From a bacterium (GTDB lineage: Bacteria; Zhuqueibacterota; Zhuqueibacteria; Oleimicrobiales; Geothermoviventaceae), in NCBI GenBank assembly GCA_028275345.1, contig JAPWUV010000009.1:109109-173108 (forward strand): a stretch of 64,000 bases of DNA. The letters are read 5' to 3'. The position numbers and the translations under genes were made by a program. The notes beneath the pieces were generated by a model. That model did not search any database. It worked only from the letters and a program-made list of their open reading frames with translations, and was not told the origin of the DNA. Shown in pieces: positions 21,564 through 38,746 of this stretch (positions are counted from its first letter, which is position 1; every line of letters starts with the position of its first letter).

Positions 21564-21671
21564 GCCCCTTTTCCTGCCCCTCGGAACCTGAGAGCACCGC
21601 TCCCCTTCTCCGATCCTAGCGGCTCGGACCTGCACAACGCCACCCTCGCCCCCGAGCACGCTGCGCGGCGC

Positions 21672-27636
<5,965 letters not shown>

Positions 27637-28013
27637 CTCGCCACCTCTGAATGCAAGTGAACAATGGAAAAACGACTACCCCTAAGGATTCTTGGATCTC
27701 CGAATATGCTATGAATGGGAAAGCGCTGACCGGGAGGTCAAGTCCCGCAGTGCAGCTCAGAAGGGCAAGATTGGGATGGTAATTCGAGGGGAGGCTCCGA
27801 AGGCGTGGCCCAGCCATCGGGTGCGGCGGGGACACACCCGGAAGGTGGGAACGAGAAGTCCGCGGAGGACGCTGTTCTTCCGCCGAGAAGCCACGCCCAT
27901 TTCCTCACTTACTTAGGCATCTGGAAGTTGGCTTCTAAGATAAAACAAAATCCGAATTCTGCAAGCACTTTTTCCCCTCAGCCGGCGCAAGAGTTCTTTT
28001 CATGCAAAAGCGA

Positions 28014-28037
28014 AAGCGGAGCGCCTTGGCTCCGCTT
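28014..28037 (-). terminator. Rho-independent terminator candidate for the small zinc-ribbon gene
   Basis: 9-bp stem AAGCGGAGC/GCTCCGCTT, 6-nt loop, followed on the minus strand by TCGCTTTTG. Confidence 0.4.
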
Positions 28038-28078
28038 CCTTTGTCCTCGGTTCCGGGTGAGACGGCTATCTGCCGGCA

Positions 28079-28222
28079 CTACTTCTTCGCCGGTAGGATC
28101 TTGAACATCGCGGTTCCGCACTTGCTGCACTTGCCTTTCAGAGCCGGCCGACCGTTTTTCATCGTGACCTGCTGGACGTTGACCATCTCCGTCTTCGTCC
28201 GACACTTCACGCAATACGCCAT
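28079..28222 (-). CDS. Small zinc-ribbon protein (DUF5679-like), about 47 aa
   Basis: MAYCVKCRTK...KGKCSKCG pair of CxxC motifs. Confidence 0.5.
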   Translation of the reverse strand: MAYCVKCRTKTEMVNVQQVTMKNGRPALKGKCSKCGTAMFKILPAKK

Positions 28223-28523
28223 CTCCGCCACGGCTTCCTCCTCCGTTTCTTGGTTCGGCCTATCTTGCCTAACCTCCACCCTCGCCGAGCTCTTCGTTGC
28301 GCGGGGGAGCACCTTCCACCGCGGACCGAATCTCCCCTTCCCCGCGCAGGCTCACGGCAAGATAGCAAATCCGCTCGAATTGTCAAGAGCAAAGTTTCCT
28401 CCCCAAACCTCCGCGACCCTCGGGTATCCCGAAGAAGTCGAATTCCAAAGCATTGCGGAAAAACGGGTTGCTAATGCGGGCGTTTGTTGTAAATTCCCGC
28501 ACGGCAAATGAGGGAGCGAGTTC

Positions 28524-28994
28524 ATGAAATTGGCCGACCTACTCTCGCATGAGGTCATCAAGATTCCGCTGGAAGGCACCCGGAAGGAGGAGGTCATCGA
28601 GGAGCTGATCGACCTTCTGGTCCGGGCGGGGAAGGTCCAGGACAAGGATAAGATCCTCAAGGCTGTCTTCGAGCGCGAGAGGGTGATGAGCACCGGGGTG
28701 GGCGATGGCGTGGCCATCCCCCACGGTAAGGCCGAGGGGGTGAAGGAGCTTGCCGCTTGCTTTGGGAAGACGAGGTCCGGTATCGACTTTCAATCCCTCG
28801 ATGATCAGCCGGTCCGGCTCATCTTCATGCTCGTCGGGCCGCCGGAAATCACAGGCCCTCACCTCAAGGCGCTCAGCCGGATCTCCAGACTGATGCACAA
28901 GAAAGAACTCCGAGAGCGCCTGCTGGCGGCCCGAACGCCAAAGGAGGTGCTGGACGCCATCGCTGCGGAGGAAATGCGACTTCTCGAACTGTGA
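28524..28994 (+). CDS. ptsN: PTS EIIA-type (fructose/nitrogen family) protein
   Basis: GVAIPHGK phosphorylation-site motif; typical size. Confidence 0.75.
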   Translation: MKLADLLSHEVIKIPLEGTRKEEVIEELIDLLVRAGKVQDKDKILKAVFERERVMSTGVGDGVAIPHGKAEGVKELAACFGKTRSGIDFQSLDDQPVRLIFMLVGPPEITGPHLKALSRISRLMHKKELRERLLAARTPKEVLDAIAAEEMRLLEL

Positions 28995-29205
28995 CCTTAC
29001 GGAGACCAACTCGCCCGGGACGCAGGGAAACCCAGGCCCAGGCTGCAGAGTTTTGGCAGCTACGAAGGCCTGACCCATGGGGGCCAGGGAGGCAGCCCGG
29101 GCCGCCCGCAGCTAGTCTCGGGATCCCGGACGTGGGGTTGCGGCGCTCGGGTGACTCTGCCGGCGAGAGATCTCTTTCGCGTCGACATACGGGGTTGAGG
29201 AACCG

Positions 29206-30486
29206 ATGGCCAAGTTCAAGGCAATTCGGGGCACACGGGACGTTCTTCCAGAGGAATGGCCCTACTGGGATCACATCGAGCGAGCCATCCGGAAGGTGAC
29301 CGCCTTGTACGGCTACCGCAAGATCGCCACTCCCATCCTGGAAGAGACGGGCCTGTACGTCCGCGGCGTGGGCCAAGGGACGGACATTGTGGACAAGGAG
29401 ATGTACACCTTTGAGGATCGTGGCGGGCGCTCTTTGAGCTTGCGGCCGGAGTTCACCGCGGGCATCATGCGGGCTTACCTGGAGAACGGACTTCACGTCC
29501 AGCCTAAGCCGGTCAAACTGTACTCCGTGGGTCCGATCTTCCGCTACGAGCGTCCCGAGGCGGGCCGTTACCGGCAGCACACCCAGTTCAATGTGGAGGC
29601 CATTGGCGAGCAGGACCCCGCCTTGGACTTTGAGGTGATTGCGCTTGCGCTCCACCTCTTTCGGGAAATCGGCCTCACCGGGACCCGGCTGCAAATCAAC
29701 AGCACCGGTTGCCCCCGCTGCCGGCCGCAGTACGTGAGCCAGCTAACCGAGTACTATTCCACCAGGTTGGATGTGGTGTGCAGCGATTGCCGTCGGCGCT
29801 TCGAGCGCAATCCGCTCCGGCTCCTCGACTGCAAGGTGCCCCAATGTCAGCCGGTGATCGCCGAGGCCCCGAACATCCGCGCCCACCTCTGCTCCGAGTG
29901 CCGGCAGCATTTCGAGACCCTGCTCAGCTACCTCGACGCCGCCTCCGTGCCGTACGAAGTCAACCCCCGTCTGGTGCGGGGTCTCGACTACTACACTAAG
30001 ACCGTCTTCGAGGTGTGGGTGCAGGGCATTGGTTCCCAGAACGCCATCTGTGGGGGCGGCCGGTACGATGGCCTCATCGAGGAGCTGGGAGGCCCCCCCA
30101 CGCCCGGGATCGGTTTCGGTTCCGGGATTGAGCGCCTGGTCCTCACCCTGCAGGAGCAGAACGTCCCCGTGGCCAGTCCGTCGGCCCCGGCCGTGTTCCT
30201 GGCCCACCTCGGCGAAGAGGCCAAGCGCGTCGCCCTGGAGATGGTCCAGGCCTTCCGCGCCGAGGGCATCCCCGCGCTCGTCAGCTTCGGGGAGCGAAGC
30301 CTCAAGGCTCAGCTCCGGGATGCCAATCGGGTAGGGGCAAGAGTCGTGGTGGTGATCGGGGAGGAGGAGCTGCGGGACGGGCGCTTCCAGCTCAAATGGC
30401 TCGATCGAGGAGAGCAAACGAGCGTCCCCCGCGAACAGGTCATCCTCTCCGTGAAGCAGGAGCTCCGAGGGGTCGCCCTGGACTGA
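29206..30486 (+). CDS. hisS: Histidine--tRNA ligase
   Basis: MAKFKAIRGTRDVLPEE N-terminus and class II synthetase motifs. Confidence 0.95.
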   Translation: MAKFKAIRGTRDVLPEEWPYWDHIERAIRKVTALYGYRKIATPILEETGLYVRGVGQGTDIVDKEMYTFEDRGGRSLSLRPEFTAGIMRAYLENGLHVQPKPVKLYSVGPIFRYERPEAGRYRQHTQFNVEAIGEQDPALDFEVIALALHLFREIGLTGTRLQINSTGCPRCRPQYVSQLTEYYSTRLDVVCSDCRRRFERNPLRLLDCKVPQCQPVIAEAPNIRAHLCSECRQHFETLLSYLDAASVPYEVNPRLVRGLDYYTKTVFEVWVQGIGSQNAICGGGRYDGLIEELGGPPTPGIGFGSGIERLVLTLQEQNVPVASPSAPAVFLAHLGEEAKRVALEMVQAFRAEGIPALVSFGERSLKAQLRDANRVGARVVVVIGEEELRDGRFQLKWLDRGEQTSVPREQVILSVKQELRGVALD

Positions 30487-30540
30487 AGCGCTCCGGCCGG
30501 CGAATTGGTGCCGTTTCTCGGGGAGTCACGAGCCAACCCG

Positions 30541-31371
30541 ATGCAGCAGCTGGGGAAGGCAGAGCTGAAACGCCTCCGCGCGCTGAAGACGGAGCACGGG
30601 AGAGAGCAGCACCGCCTATTCGTGGCCGAAGGCTACCGACTTGTCCGCGCCGCGCTCGAAGCCTCCGCAGCCGTCACGCGGATCGTGATGACCCCGGAGT
30701 TCGCCCATTCTTCGGCGGGAAAGGAATTGTCCCAATTGGCCCAGGGCGACAAGGGGATCCCGCTCACCATCGTGGAAGAGCGGGTGTTCCGGGACATTGC
30801 CGCGACCACGCACGCACAGGGAGTGGCCGCCATCGTTCGTATGCCCGGCTGGCCCTCCCGGGCGCCCTGGCAGAGTGGGCTGACCGTGGCGCTGTACCGC
30901 GTCCGGGATCCGGGCAACCTGGGCACCATCTGGAGATCGGCGGCGTGGTTCGGAGCCGACCGACTCGTGCTCAGCAAGGGTTGCGTGGACCCGCACAATC
31001 CGAAAGCTGTTCGCGCTACGATGGGCGGGATCTTCTACGTTCCCTGCGAACCCGTGGAGGATCTGGCCAACTGGCTGGCTGCGGCTCGGGCGGCCGGCTA
31101 TCGCATCCTCGCCGCCGATGTGAGAGGGGAAAGCGACCGCTGGCCAGCCGATGCGAAAGAGGCTGTCCTCGTCGCCGGAGGCGAAACCGAACCTCTGGAC
31201 CCGTCCGTGCTGCGCGTGGTGGAGACGACCCTTCGCATCCCGTGCTGGGGAGCGGGCGACTCCCTCAATGTGGCCATGGCGGTGTCCATCCTATTGGACG
31301 AATGGCGACGATCTCAGGGTGATCAGCTCCGCCCGACGGGACCTTCCCAAGGCAGGGGCGAACCGGAATGA
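30541..31371 (+). CDS. TrmH/SpoU family RNA 2'-O-methyltransferase
   Basis: SpoU-type motifs DPGNLGTI...GGETEPL...SLNVAMAV; ORF also opens at TTG 30505. Confidence 0.8.
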   Translation: MQQLGKAELKRLRALKTEHGREQHRLFVAEGYRLVRAALEASAAVTRIVMTPEFAHSSAGKELSQLAQGDKGIPLTIVEERVFRDIAATTHAQGVAAIVRMPGWPSRAPWQSGLTVALYRVRDPGNLGTIWRSAAWFGADRLVLSKGCVDPHNPKAVRATMGGIFYVPCEPVEDLANWLAAARAAGYRILAADVRGESDRWPADAKEAVLVAGGETEPLDPSVLRVVETTLRIPCWGAGDSLNVAMAVSILLDEWRRSQGDQLRPTGPSQGRGEPE

Positions 31372-31387
31372 CCGCAAGCACAGGACC

Positions 31388-32218
31388 ATGGATTTGAACC
31401 AGCTACAGCAGGGGACTTGCGCCATTCCCTTGCAACGAACTTTGGTCATCCTTTTCGTCACCTTCCTGCTGATCTTGACGGCCGGACTGGCCGGCGCCAT
31501 GTTCGGGGGCCGGAGCGAGGTGCTTCTCTCCGAGGCCCTGGTCATCGTCCCGGCGTGGATCTACGTCGCTCGCTCGTCGCTGGACTGGAAAGCCGTATTC
31601 CGGATCCGGAGGGTGCCGGCCGGCGCCTTGTGGATCTCGGCGGCGATCGGTTTGGGGGCAGCGCTCATCGGACACGAATTGGACGCCCTGGTGGAAGAGC
31701 TTTTCCCCATGCCGGCCGAGTTGGAGCGTGCCCTCACCGAGATGCTCCGGGCACGGAGCGTGACCGATGGCTTCGTGCTTGTGCTGGCGATCGTGGTTCT
31801 GGCCGGTCTATTGGAAGAGATGCTCTTCCGCGGCATGCTCCTTGGATCGCTGGAAGCCCACTTCGATGTCACCCGAGCCGTATTGCTGAGCGCCCTCCTC
31901 TTCGCCTTTTTCCACCTGAACCCTTGGACGGCGGTCCAGATCCTCGTCTTCGGGGTCATCCTGGGCGTCTTGGCGTGGCGCGGGCAGAGCGTCTTCCCGG
32001 CCGCCATTGTCCACGCGGTGAACAATGCCTTCGAATTTGCGGTGCTGAACATCGGCCAGGAACGCTTGAGACCTCTGTTCCTGGAAGATCACGTTTCGCC
32101 CCCCTTCTTGCTCCTGGCGGTGGGTCTGCTGTACCTCGGTTTCCGGCGCTTCTATTCGTACTTCGAGGGGCAGCGAAGATATGGGATGGACGGCTCAGGA
32201 GATGCTGCAAGGTTCTGA
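31388..32218 (+). CDS. CPBP family intramembrane metalloprotease (CAAX protease/Abi-like)
   Basis: EEMLFRG, FFHL and HAVNN motifs in a polytopic protein. Confidence 0.8.
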   Translation: MDLNQLQQGTCAIPLQRTLVILFVTFLLILTAGLAGAMFGGRSEVLLSEALVIVPAWIYVARSSLDWKAVFRIRRVPAGALWISAAIGLGAALIGHELDALVEELFPMPAELERALTEMLRARSVTDGFVLVLAIVVLAGLLEEMLFRGMLLGSLEAHFDVTRAVLLSALLFAFFHLNPWTAVQILVFGVILGVLAWRGQSVFPAAIVHAVNNAFEFAVLNIGQERLRPLFLEDHVSPPFLLLAVGLLYLGFRRFYSYFEGQRRYGMDGSGDAARF

Positions 32219-33728
32219 CACGCCCAGCGTTCGGGTGGGAATGATCCGCGGGGCGGAGGAAATCCGCTTCGAAGTGCTGGGCCCGCACCGCATCCGCTCC
32301 TCCGACGGCTTCCACCTCGAGGCCGAGCGCGCATCCCGCTACGCCGTCTCGAGGTCGGAGACCTCGGTGCCGGGGTCCCAGCATTGGGTCCGCTTCGCTA
32401 TCACGCTGCCGGGCGAACGCCCGACTCGCCCAGCCCCACCCGGGGCAGAGGTCCGGGAGCTGGTGGTGGGACGCCGGATCCAGCTCCCCCATCTTCGGGT
32501 GGACAATCGCGAGACGTGGCACCTCGTCGGCCCCTTTCCGGACAACGCCTCTGCGGAAGCCTTCCGGAGGGGACAGCCGCGACCGGGTGAACTGACGGTC
32601 CTGCAGCTCCCTTCGGGACAAGCAGAAGGCTGGGCCACGTTGGACGGGCGCAGAGTGCAGCTTCCGATAACGGTGCTGCCGGAAAATCCCCAAGAACCCC
32701 AGATTCTGCTCCGAGACGTCCTCATCGGCATCGAATTTCACTGGCAGCACCGTGAGGATGAGCTTCTCCGCGGCGCGCTGGAGATCGCGGCGGGGCCCGA
32801 CGGCAAGCTCGTGGCCATCAACGAGCTTTCGGCCGAAGCCTACCTGGCGAGCGTCAACTCGAGCGAAATGACCCCCGATTCTCCGGAAGAATTGCTCAAA
32901 GCCCAGACCGTGGCGGGCCGCAGCACCCTCTTCGCCACGGCGGGCAAGCATCACTTCGGCGAACCCTTCGACCTTTGCGCCGATGATCATTGCCAGTGCT
33001 ACTACGGCGCCAGCCGGGAGCGGGAGCGCTCCTGGGAAGCCGTGCGAAGCACGTGGGGCGAGGTCCTGGTGAGCGACGGCCGGGTCTGCGACGCCCGCTA
33101 CTCGAAGATCTGCGGCGGGATCATGGAGGACTACCGCTTCGTCTGGGACGACCGACGCATCCCCTATCTCACCTCCGGAGTGGATGGCCCTGAGCCGTTG
33201 CCAGTTCCGGCCAATTCCGAGGAGGCGGCGCGCCAGTTCATCCGGTCCAGCCCCGATGTGTATTGCAACGTGGATCGCTACCCGCTGCCGGAAAGCCTCC
33301 GGGAACGATGCCAGGGCCTCTTCCGCTGGCAGGTCCGATACTCGCGGTCCGAACTGGAGGAGCTTCTGGCGACGCGGGTAGGGGTCCGGGTCGGCCGGCT
33401 GCTGGACCTGGTCCCCATGGAACGCGGCGACTCCGGCAGAATCGTTCACCTCCAGGTGGTGGGCACGGAGGGGCGGGTCATCCTCGGGAAGGAGCTGGAA
33501 ATCCGGCGTGCGCTCAGCTCGTCCCATTTGTACAGCTCGTGCTTCTACGTCGAGAAGGAATTGGACGGGCATGGCTTTCCCGAGTTTTTCCGGCTGATCG
33601 GCGCCGGTTGGGGTCATGGTGTGGGCCTCTGCCAGGTAGGAGCCACCGTGATGGCGAGCCGGGGCTTCAGCTATCGCCAGATCCTTGCCCACTACTACCG
33701 AGGAGCGGAAATCCTTCGGGCCTATTGA
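32181..33728 (+). CDS. SpoIID/LytB domain protein
   Basis: [10 protein letters not shown] motif near C-terminus; start uncertain (alternatives at 32202 and 32241). Confidence 0.7.
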   Translation: MGWTAQEMLQGSDTPSVRVGMIRGAEEIRFEVLGPHRIRSSDGFHLEAERASRYAVSRSETSVPGSQHWVRFAITLPGERPTRPAPPGAEVRELVVGRRIQLPHLRVDNRETWHLVGPFPDNASAEAFRRGQPRPGELTVLQLPSGQAEGWATLDGRRVQLPITVLPENPQEPQILLRDVLIGIEFHWQHREDELLRGALEIAAGPDGKLVAINELSAEAYLASVNSSEMTPDSPEELLKAQTVAGRSTLFATAGKHHFGEPFDLCADDHCQCYYGASRERERSWEAVRSTWGEVLVSDGRVCDARYSKICGGIMEDYRFVWDDRRIPYLTSGVDGPEPLPVPANSEEAARQFIRSSPDVYCNVDRYPLPESLRERCQGLFRWQVRYSRSELEELLATRVGVRVGRLLDLVPMERGDSGRIVHLQVVGTEGRVILGKELEIRRALSSSHLYSSCFYVEKELDGHGFPEFFRLIGAGWGHGVGLCQVGATVMASRGFSYRQILAHYYRGAEILRAY

Positions 33729-33742
33729 TCGGGACACGGTCG

Positions 33743-35443
33743 ATGAGCTTCCTCGAGGAGACCGTCGATTTTCTGGTGATTGGCAGTGGCATCGCCGGGC
33801 TGTCTTTTGCCCTCCGGGCGGCGAAGCACGGGCGGGTGGCCGTGGTCACCAAGAAGGAGCGGGCCGAATCCAACACCAACTACGCCCAGGGGGGAATCGC
33901 TGCGGTGCTGAGCGAGAACGACAGCTTTGAGCTTCACATCCGCGATACCCTGCAAGCGGGCGCGGGTCTCTGCCATCCGAATGCCGTCGAGATCATGGTG
34001 CGAGAGGGCCCCGAGTGCGTGCGGGAACTTGAGGAGTGGGGGGTCCAATTCACGAAGCAGCGGACGGAGAAGGGGGAATTCTACGAGCTCGGGCGAGAAG
34101 GCGGGCACTCGCGCAACCGGATCGTGCACGCGCAGGACCTCACCGGCCGCGAGGTGGAAAGGGCGTTGGTCACAGCTGTCCGCGAGCATCCGAATGTTTC
34201 CGTCCACGAGGACCACGTGGCCATCGACCTCATCACGGAGCACCACCTCGGCCGCGAGGCCGAAGCTCGGGCCGAGCGAATCCATTGCTACGGCGCCTAC
34301 GTGCTGGATGTGCGCGAGGGCATCGTCAAGAAATTCCTGGCGCCCGTCACCCTACTGGCTACCGGCGGCTGCGGCCAGATTTATCGCCACACCACCAATC
34401 CGGAGATCGCCACGGGCGACGGCGTAGCGATGGCCTACCGCGCCGGGGCGGCCATCGCCAACATGGAATTCATGCAGTTTCACCCCACCGCCTTCTACAC
34501 GCCTACCGGGACCCCGTTCCTGATCTCGGAGGCTGTCCGGGGATTCGGCGGGGTTCTCCGCACGCGGGATGGCCACGAATTCATGAGCCGCTACCACCCC
34601 ATGGGCTCCCTGGCGCCGCGCGACGTTGTCGCCCGGGCCATCGATGCCGAGCTCAAGCGCCGGGGCGAGGAATGCGTCTACCTCGACGTGACCCACCTCC
34701 CTGCGGAGAAGGTGAAGGAGCGCTTCCCGAACATTTACGAATCCTGTCTCCGCTACGGGATCGACATGACCAAGGAGCCCGTCCCCGTCGTCCCCGCCGC
34801 CCACTACAGCTGCGGGGGTGTGGTCACGGACCTCCGGGGCAGGACCACCATCGCGGGCCTGTACGCGTGCGGCGAGGTGGCCTGCACCGGCGTCCACGGG
34901 GCGAACCGCCTGGCATCGAACTCCCTGCTCGAGGCGGTTGCCTTCTCGAAGCGAGCCTACCACGACGCCGCCCAGTCGCTGCGCCGGACGCGGCGCCTCC
35001 TCCCGGAAATCCCCGCCTGGGACGATACCGGTACCTTCAACTCCGAGGAATGGGTCCTCATCTCCCACGACCGTCAGGAAATCCAGTCGCTCATGTGGGA
35101 TTACGTCGGAATCGTGCGCTCCCGCCTCCGACTGCAGCGAGCGCGCAGGCGCATCGGCCTCATCCGCCGGGAGGTGGAGGACTTCTACCGTCGAACCCGC
35201 GTCACGGAGGGGCTTCTGGAACTCCGAAACATGGCTCAAGTGGCAAGCTTGGTAGTGGACTGCGCGCTTTACCGCAAGGAAAGCCGCGGCCTCCACTACA
35301 ACACCGACTACCCCACGCGGGACGACGAACACTGGCTACGAGATACCATCCTCGTCCGATCCCGCAGGTCGGGAGTGCGTTTTCTCAGGAAAGCAGCCAT
35401 CCAGTGGGAGGACGACGAAGAGCCGTTCCTGTGGGGTCTGTAA
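33743..35443 (+). CDS. nadB: L-aspartate oxidase
   Basis: FAD-binding [13 protein letters not shown]; flavoprotein motifs incl. RLASNSLLE. Confidence 0.9.
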   Translation: MSFLEETVDFLVIGSGIAGLSFALRAAKHGRVAVVTKKERAESNTNYAQGGIAAVLSENDSFELHIRDTLQAGAGLCHPNAVEIMVREGPECVRELEEWGVQFTKQRTEKGEFYELGREGGHSRNRIVHAQDLTGREVERALVTAVREHPNVSVHEDHVAIDLITEHHLGREAEARAERIHCYGAYVLDVREGIVKKFLAPVTLLATGGCGQIYRHTTNPEIATGDGVAMAYRAGAAIANMEFMQFHPTAFYTPTGTPFLISEAVRGFGGVLRTRDGHEFMSRYHPMGSLAPRDVVARAIDAELKRRGEECVYLDVTHLPAEKVKERFPNIYESCLRYGIDMTKEPVPVVPAAHYSCGGVVTDLRGRTTIAGLYACGEVACTGVHGANRLASNSLLEAVAFSKRAYHDAAQSLRRTRRLLPEIPAWDDTGTFNSEEWVLISHDRQEIQSLMWDYVGIVRSRLRLQRARRRIGLIRREVEDFYRRTRVTEGLLELRNMAQVASLVVDCALYRKESRGLHYNTDYPTRDDEHWLRDTILVRSRRSGVRFLRKAAIQWEDDEEPFLWGL

Positions 35444-35574
35444 GGGCCCAAGCCCAACTCGGGGCTGGTAGGGCTCCGGAAAGGCCAGATCCGCCCCGAA
35501 GAAAACCCGCATCCGGCGTGGAAGACGGGGGTGTCCGTGGCAACGCACCGGCAGGCAAAGCTCCGAGGTGGATC

Positions 35575-35865
35575 ATGGGAGAAAAGCTACTCACTTCCAC
35601 CGTCGCCTCCCTCGCCTTGATCGGCGCCGTCGACTGGTTCGACGGATGGTACCGCAAGTTCCTCAGCCGCCGCGGGATTGCGCCGAGCCTCCGCAAAAAT
35701 CTGCGGATGATCCAGTGGGTCGTGCTCGCCCTCCTGTTCTGGCACGGTCTGCTCTCCGCCGGAATGCCTCCCCGTTTCGGCGCTCCGTTCTTTCTCTTCG
35801 TGCTCTTCATCTACTGCTTGCGAGGACTCATCGCCACAGCCCTGTCCGGGACTGCCGGCTCCTGA
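35575..35865 (+). CDS. Hypothetical small membrane protein
   Basis: ATG after GAGGTGGA; three hydrophobic segments. Confidence 0.4.
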   Translation: MGEKLLTSTVASLALIGAVDWFDGWYRKFLSRRGIAPSLRKNLRMIQWVVLALLFWHGLLSAGMPPRFGAPFFLFVLFIYCLRGLIATALSGTAGS

Positions 35866-36163
35866 CCCCAGTACCGACCACCGCAACCCGCTCGTCCCCG
35901 TACTGTGACCAGCGCAGACAACACCCCCCAATGGGGAGGACGTATCCAGCGCGGAGAATTCGCTCTTCTCGTCCCTTCCCCAGTCTTCGATCCTGTGCTA
36001 GAGCACGGATCGGGCCCGGAAAGGTCCCGCGACAGCCGGGAGGTCAGGCCAGAGGGTCGGAGCTGGCCGTCAGCCGCGCGGCCGAAAACTCCGCGCCTCC
36101 GGCAACCTGCCGGTACGGAGAAACAAACCTCAGCAGCGCACCTCATCCATCGCGGAGGGAATC

Positions 36164-37381
36164 ATGCACCCTCACCGCACCTTCAGCAAGCTGGGGGCGA
36201 TGTCCATCGTGGTCTTGGTCATGCTCGGGGGAAGCTCGCAAGCCCAGTGGGTCCAGACCGCTGGGCCCAATCGAGGCGCTGTGAATTGCTTCCTGGTCCG
36301 CGAGACGACCCTTTTCGCCGGTACTCGAGGCGGAGTATTCGTCTCCAGCGACCACGGCGACCACTGGACGAGATGCGTCAGCGGCCTTGGTGACACGACC
36401 GTGCGCGCCCTGCTTCTTTCCGGATCCAAGCTGTACGCCGGGATCCGTGAAGGGGTCTTCGTCTCCACCGACCAAGGCCAGAGTTGGGCCAGCGCGGGTT
36501 TCATGATGAGCACCGACGTCCACGCCCTTGCCTCGCAGGGAACCGACCTCTTCGCCGGGGTGCATGGATTCGGCGGGGTGTTCCGTTCCCCGGATGAGGG
36601 GAAGAACTGGAACCTGGCCAGCGAGGGACTCACGAATCCGTACGTGAACGCCCTCGCCGTCTCCGGGTCCAACCTCCTCGCCGGCACCCAGGATGGCATC
36701 TTCCTCTCCAGCAACCGTGGGGCGAGCTGGACGCAGGTGCTCGCCGGGGTCAATGTAGTCACCCTGACGGTCTCGGATTCCATCGTCTACGCAGGGACCG
36801 AGGGAGCCGGTCTGTACTGCTCTACGGACTACGGCGCGGGCTGGACTGCCACGGGACTCCGGCAATTCTTTGTGGGCGCGGTCGCGATCCGTGGGCAAGC
36901 CGTATTTGCGGGGACGGGCATGGGCGTCTTCCTCTCCACGGACAACGGGTCGACCTGGACGGAGGTCAATGCCGGGCTCTCGGATACCCGCGTCACCGCA
37001 CTGGCCATCTGTGGCGAGAACCTCTTCGCCGGAACGTCCCAGGCCAGGGTGTGGCGAAGGCCGATTTCGGAGATGATCACCTCCGTCACGGCCGATCCTG
37101 GAATCGCCGGGATCCCGGAGCAATTCCGGCTCGAGCAGAATTATCCGAATCCGTTCAACGCCACGACCTGCATCCGATTTCGCCTGCCACGCCGATCTCT
37201 CGCTCGGCTCGAGGTGCTCAATGCCAGTGGGCAAAGGATTGCCACGCTGGTGAATCGCGAACTCCCCGAGGGCGCGCACGAGGCGACCTTCGACGCGACG
37301 GGACTTCCCAGCGGCGTCTACCTCTACCGCCTGGAAGCAGCGTCGCTGAAGGAGACGAGGAAGGCCATCCTCCTCAAGTAG
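36164..37381 (+). CDS. BNR/sortilin-type repeat protein with T9SS C-terminal sorting domain
   Basis: Signal peptide; repeated S-x-D-x-G-x-x-W motifs (SSDHGDHW, STDQGQSW, SSNRGASW, STDNGSTW); CTD LEQNYPNPFNATTCIRF...SGVYLYRLEA. Confidence 0.8.
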   Translation: MHPHRTFSKLGAMSIVVLVMLGGSSQAQWVQTAGPNRGAVNCFLVRETTLFAGTRGGVFVSSDHGDHWTRCVSGLGDTTVRALLLSGSKLYAGIREGVFVSTDQGQSWASAGFMMSTDVHALASQGTDLFAGVHGFGGVFRSPDEGKNWNLASEGLTNPYVNALAVSGSNLLAGTQDGIFLSSNRGASWTQVLAGVNVVTLTVSDSIVYAGTEGAGLYCSTDYGAGWTATGLRQFFVGAVAIRGQAVFAGTGMGVFLSTDNGSTWTEVNAGLSDTRVTALAICGENLFAGTSQARVWRRPISEMITSVTADPGIAGIPEQFRLEQNYPNPFNATTCIRFRLPRRSLARLEVLNASGQRIATLVNRELPEGAHEATFDATGLPSGVYLYRLEAASLKETRKAILLK

Positions 37382-37451
37382 CTGAATCGGCGGGCGGCCC
37401 GAGTGCATCAAAAGAGCGTCTGAGTTCGATGGCAATCCGGAGGATGAAGCC

Positions 37452-38384
37452 ATGCCGTGGATGCCAGGGGTGAAGCTCGGCCACGCGGGAGATCCCGTCG
37501 CGTGCACCGGGTGTACGGTGGTGATCCCCGAGCGGCCGGCGGTGGCCGGGGTGGATGTTCGCGGCTCCGCTCCCGGCACCCGCGAGCTCGAGGCGATCCG
37601 GCCCGTCCGACTCGTTCAGCGAGTCGATGCCATTGTCCTCACAGGCGGATCCGCCTTCGGTTTGGATGCCGCGTGCGGCGTGCAGCGCTGGCTCGAGGAG
37701 CAAGGCCGCGGGTTCGACACGGGTTTCGCGCGCGTACCCATCGTGCCGGCCGCCGTGATCTTCGACCTGAGCGTCAGCACGGCGCGAGTCCGGCCGGACC
37801 AGGAGATGGGCTATCGGGCGTGCGCGGCGGCCTCCTCCGAAGAAAGCCGCGAGGGACGCGTCGGAGTAGGGCTGGGAGCTACCGTGGGGAAGCTCCGCGG
37901 ACCCCACTGGGCCATGTGGGGCGGACTCGGCCTGGCCATGGAAAAGGCGGGGAACCTTCTTGTGGGAGCCGTGACCGTCTGCAACGCCCTGGGAGCCATC
38001 CGCGATCCCGAATCCGGCCGCTGGATCGCCGGTCCACGCCTCCCGGATGGCTCCATTGCCGATTCCCTTGAACTCCTGCGGGCGGCCCCGGGCCTGCCCT
38101 GGGGCGCAAACACGACCCTCGCCGTGGTGATCACCAACGCCGCCCTCACTCCCGAGGCGGCCACCAAGGTCGCCCAGATGGCCCACGACGGCCTGGCCCG
38201 CGTCATTTACCCCGTGCACACCTCGGTGGACGGCGATACCGTCTTCGCCATTTCGGTGGGCGAGCTCGATTGCCCTGTGGACCTCGTCGGAACCCTGGGG
38301 ACGGAGGTCGTCGCCCGGGCGATCCTCTCCGGCGCGCGAAAAGCCAACGCCGACGGCACATTCCCGCCGGTGGCCGCCGAGTAG
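37452..38384 (+). CDS. P1 family peptidase (DmpA/ArgJ-like)
   Basis: Size and glycine-rich pattern of the family, read by eye. Confidence 0.7.
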   Translation: MPWMPGVKLGHAGDPVACTGCTVVIPERPAVAGVDVRGSAPGTRELEAIRPVRLVQRVDAIVLTGGSAFGLDAACGVQRWLEEQGRGFDTGFARVPIVPAAVIFDLSVSTARVRPDQEMGYRACAAASSEESREGRVGVGLGATVGKLRGPHWAMWGGLGLAMEKAGNLLVGAVTVCNALGAIRDPESGRWIAGPRLPDGSIADSLELLRAAPGLPWGANTTLAVVITNAALTPEAATKVAQMAHDGLARVIYPVHTSVDGDTVFAISVGELDCPVDLVGTLGTEVVARAILSGARKANADGTFPPVAAE

Positions 38385-38495
38385 CGGTCCGAACGGCTCC
38401 ATCCCGTTTCCCCGGGCCGAAGCCCGCGCAAGCTCCTACCGCGGCCCGCCCTTCGAACCGTCGGGCCCTCGGCCGGTCGGCAGCCCCTCCGGCCG

Positions 38496-38525
38496 CCGGG
38501 GGGACTCCCGCGGGGAGTCCCCCGG
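38496..38525. promoter_or_regulatory. Near-perfect palindrome between convergent genes; bidirectional terminator or protein-binding site
   Basis: GGGGGACTCCC gcg GGGAGTCCCCC. Confidence 0.3.
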
Positions 38526-38746
38526 AGACCGTAGCGGAGCGGACCAGCGGCTGTCCGCGGGGCGACAGCGATCGGGGATGGAACAGATGCACGAAGGCGA
38601 CTCAAAGCGCGCGGTCCCGCCCGAATCGCCATTGCTCAGAAGGCAGCCATTTGCTAAGTTCGCGCGGTGGCGAAAGTCGGAGAAGACCGTTCCTTCTGGA
38701 GCGGTTCTTGCAGCTTCCGGGATGGAAGGGCTTCCACAAAGCCGGG

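Noticed and set aside
34036-35865. 609-aa ORF on the plus strand
   Set aside because: Out-of-frame overlap with nadB; only its last ~96 codons (35575-35865) look like a real small membrane protein.
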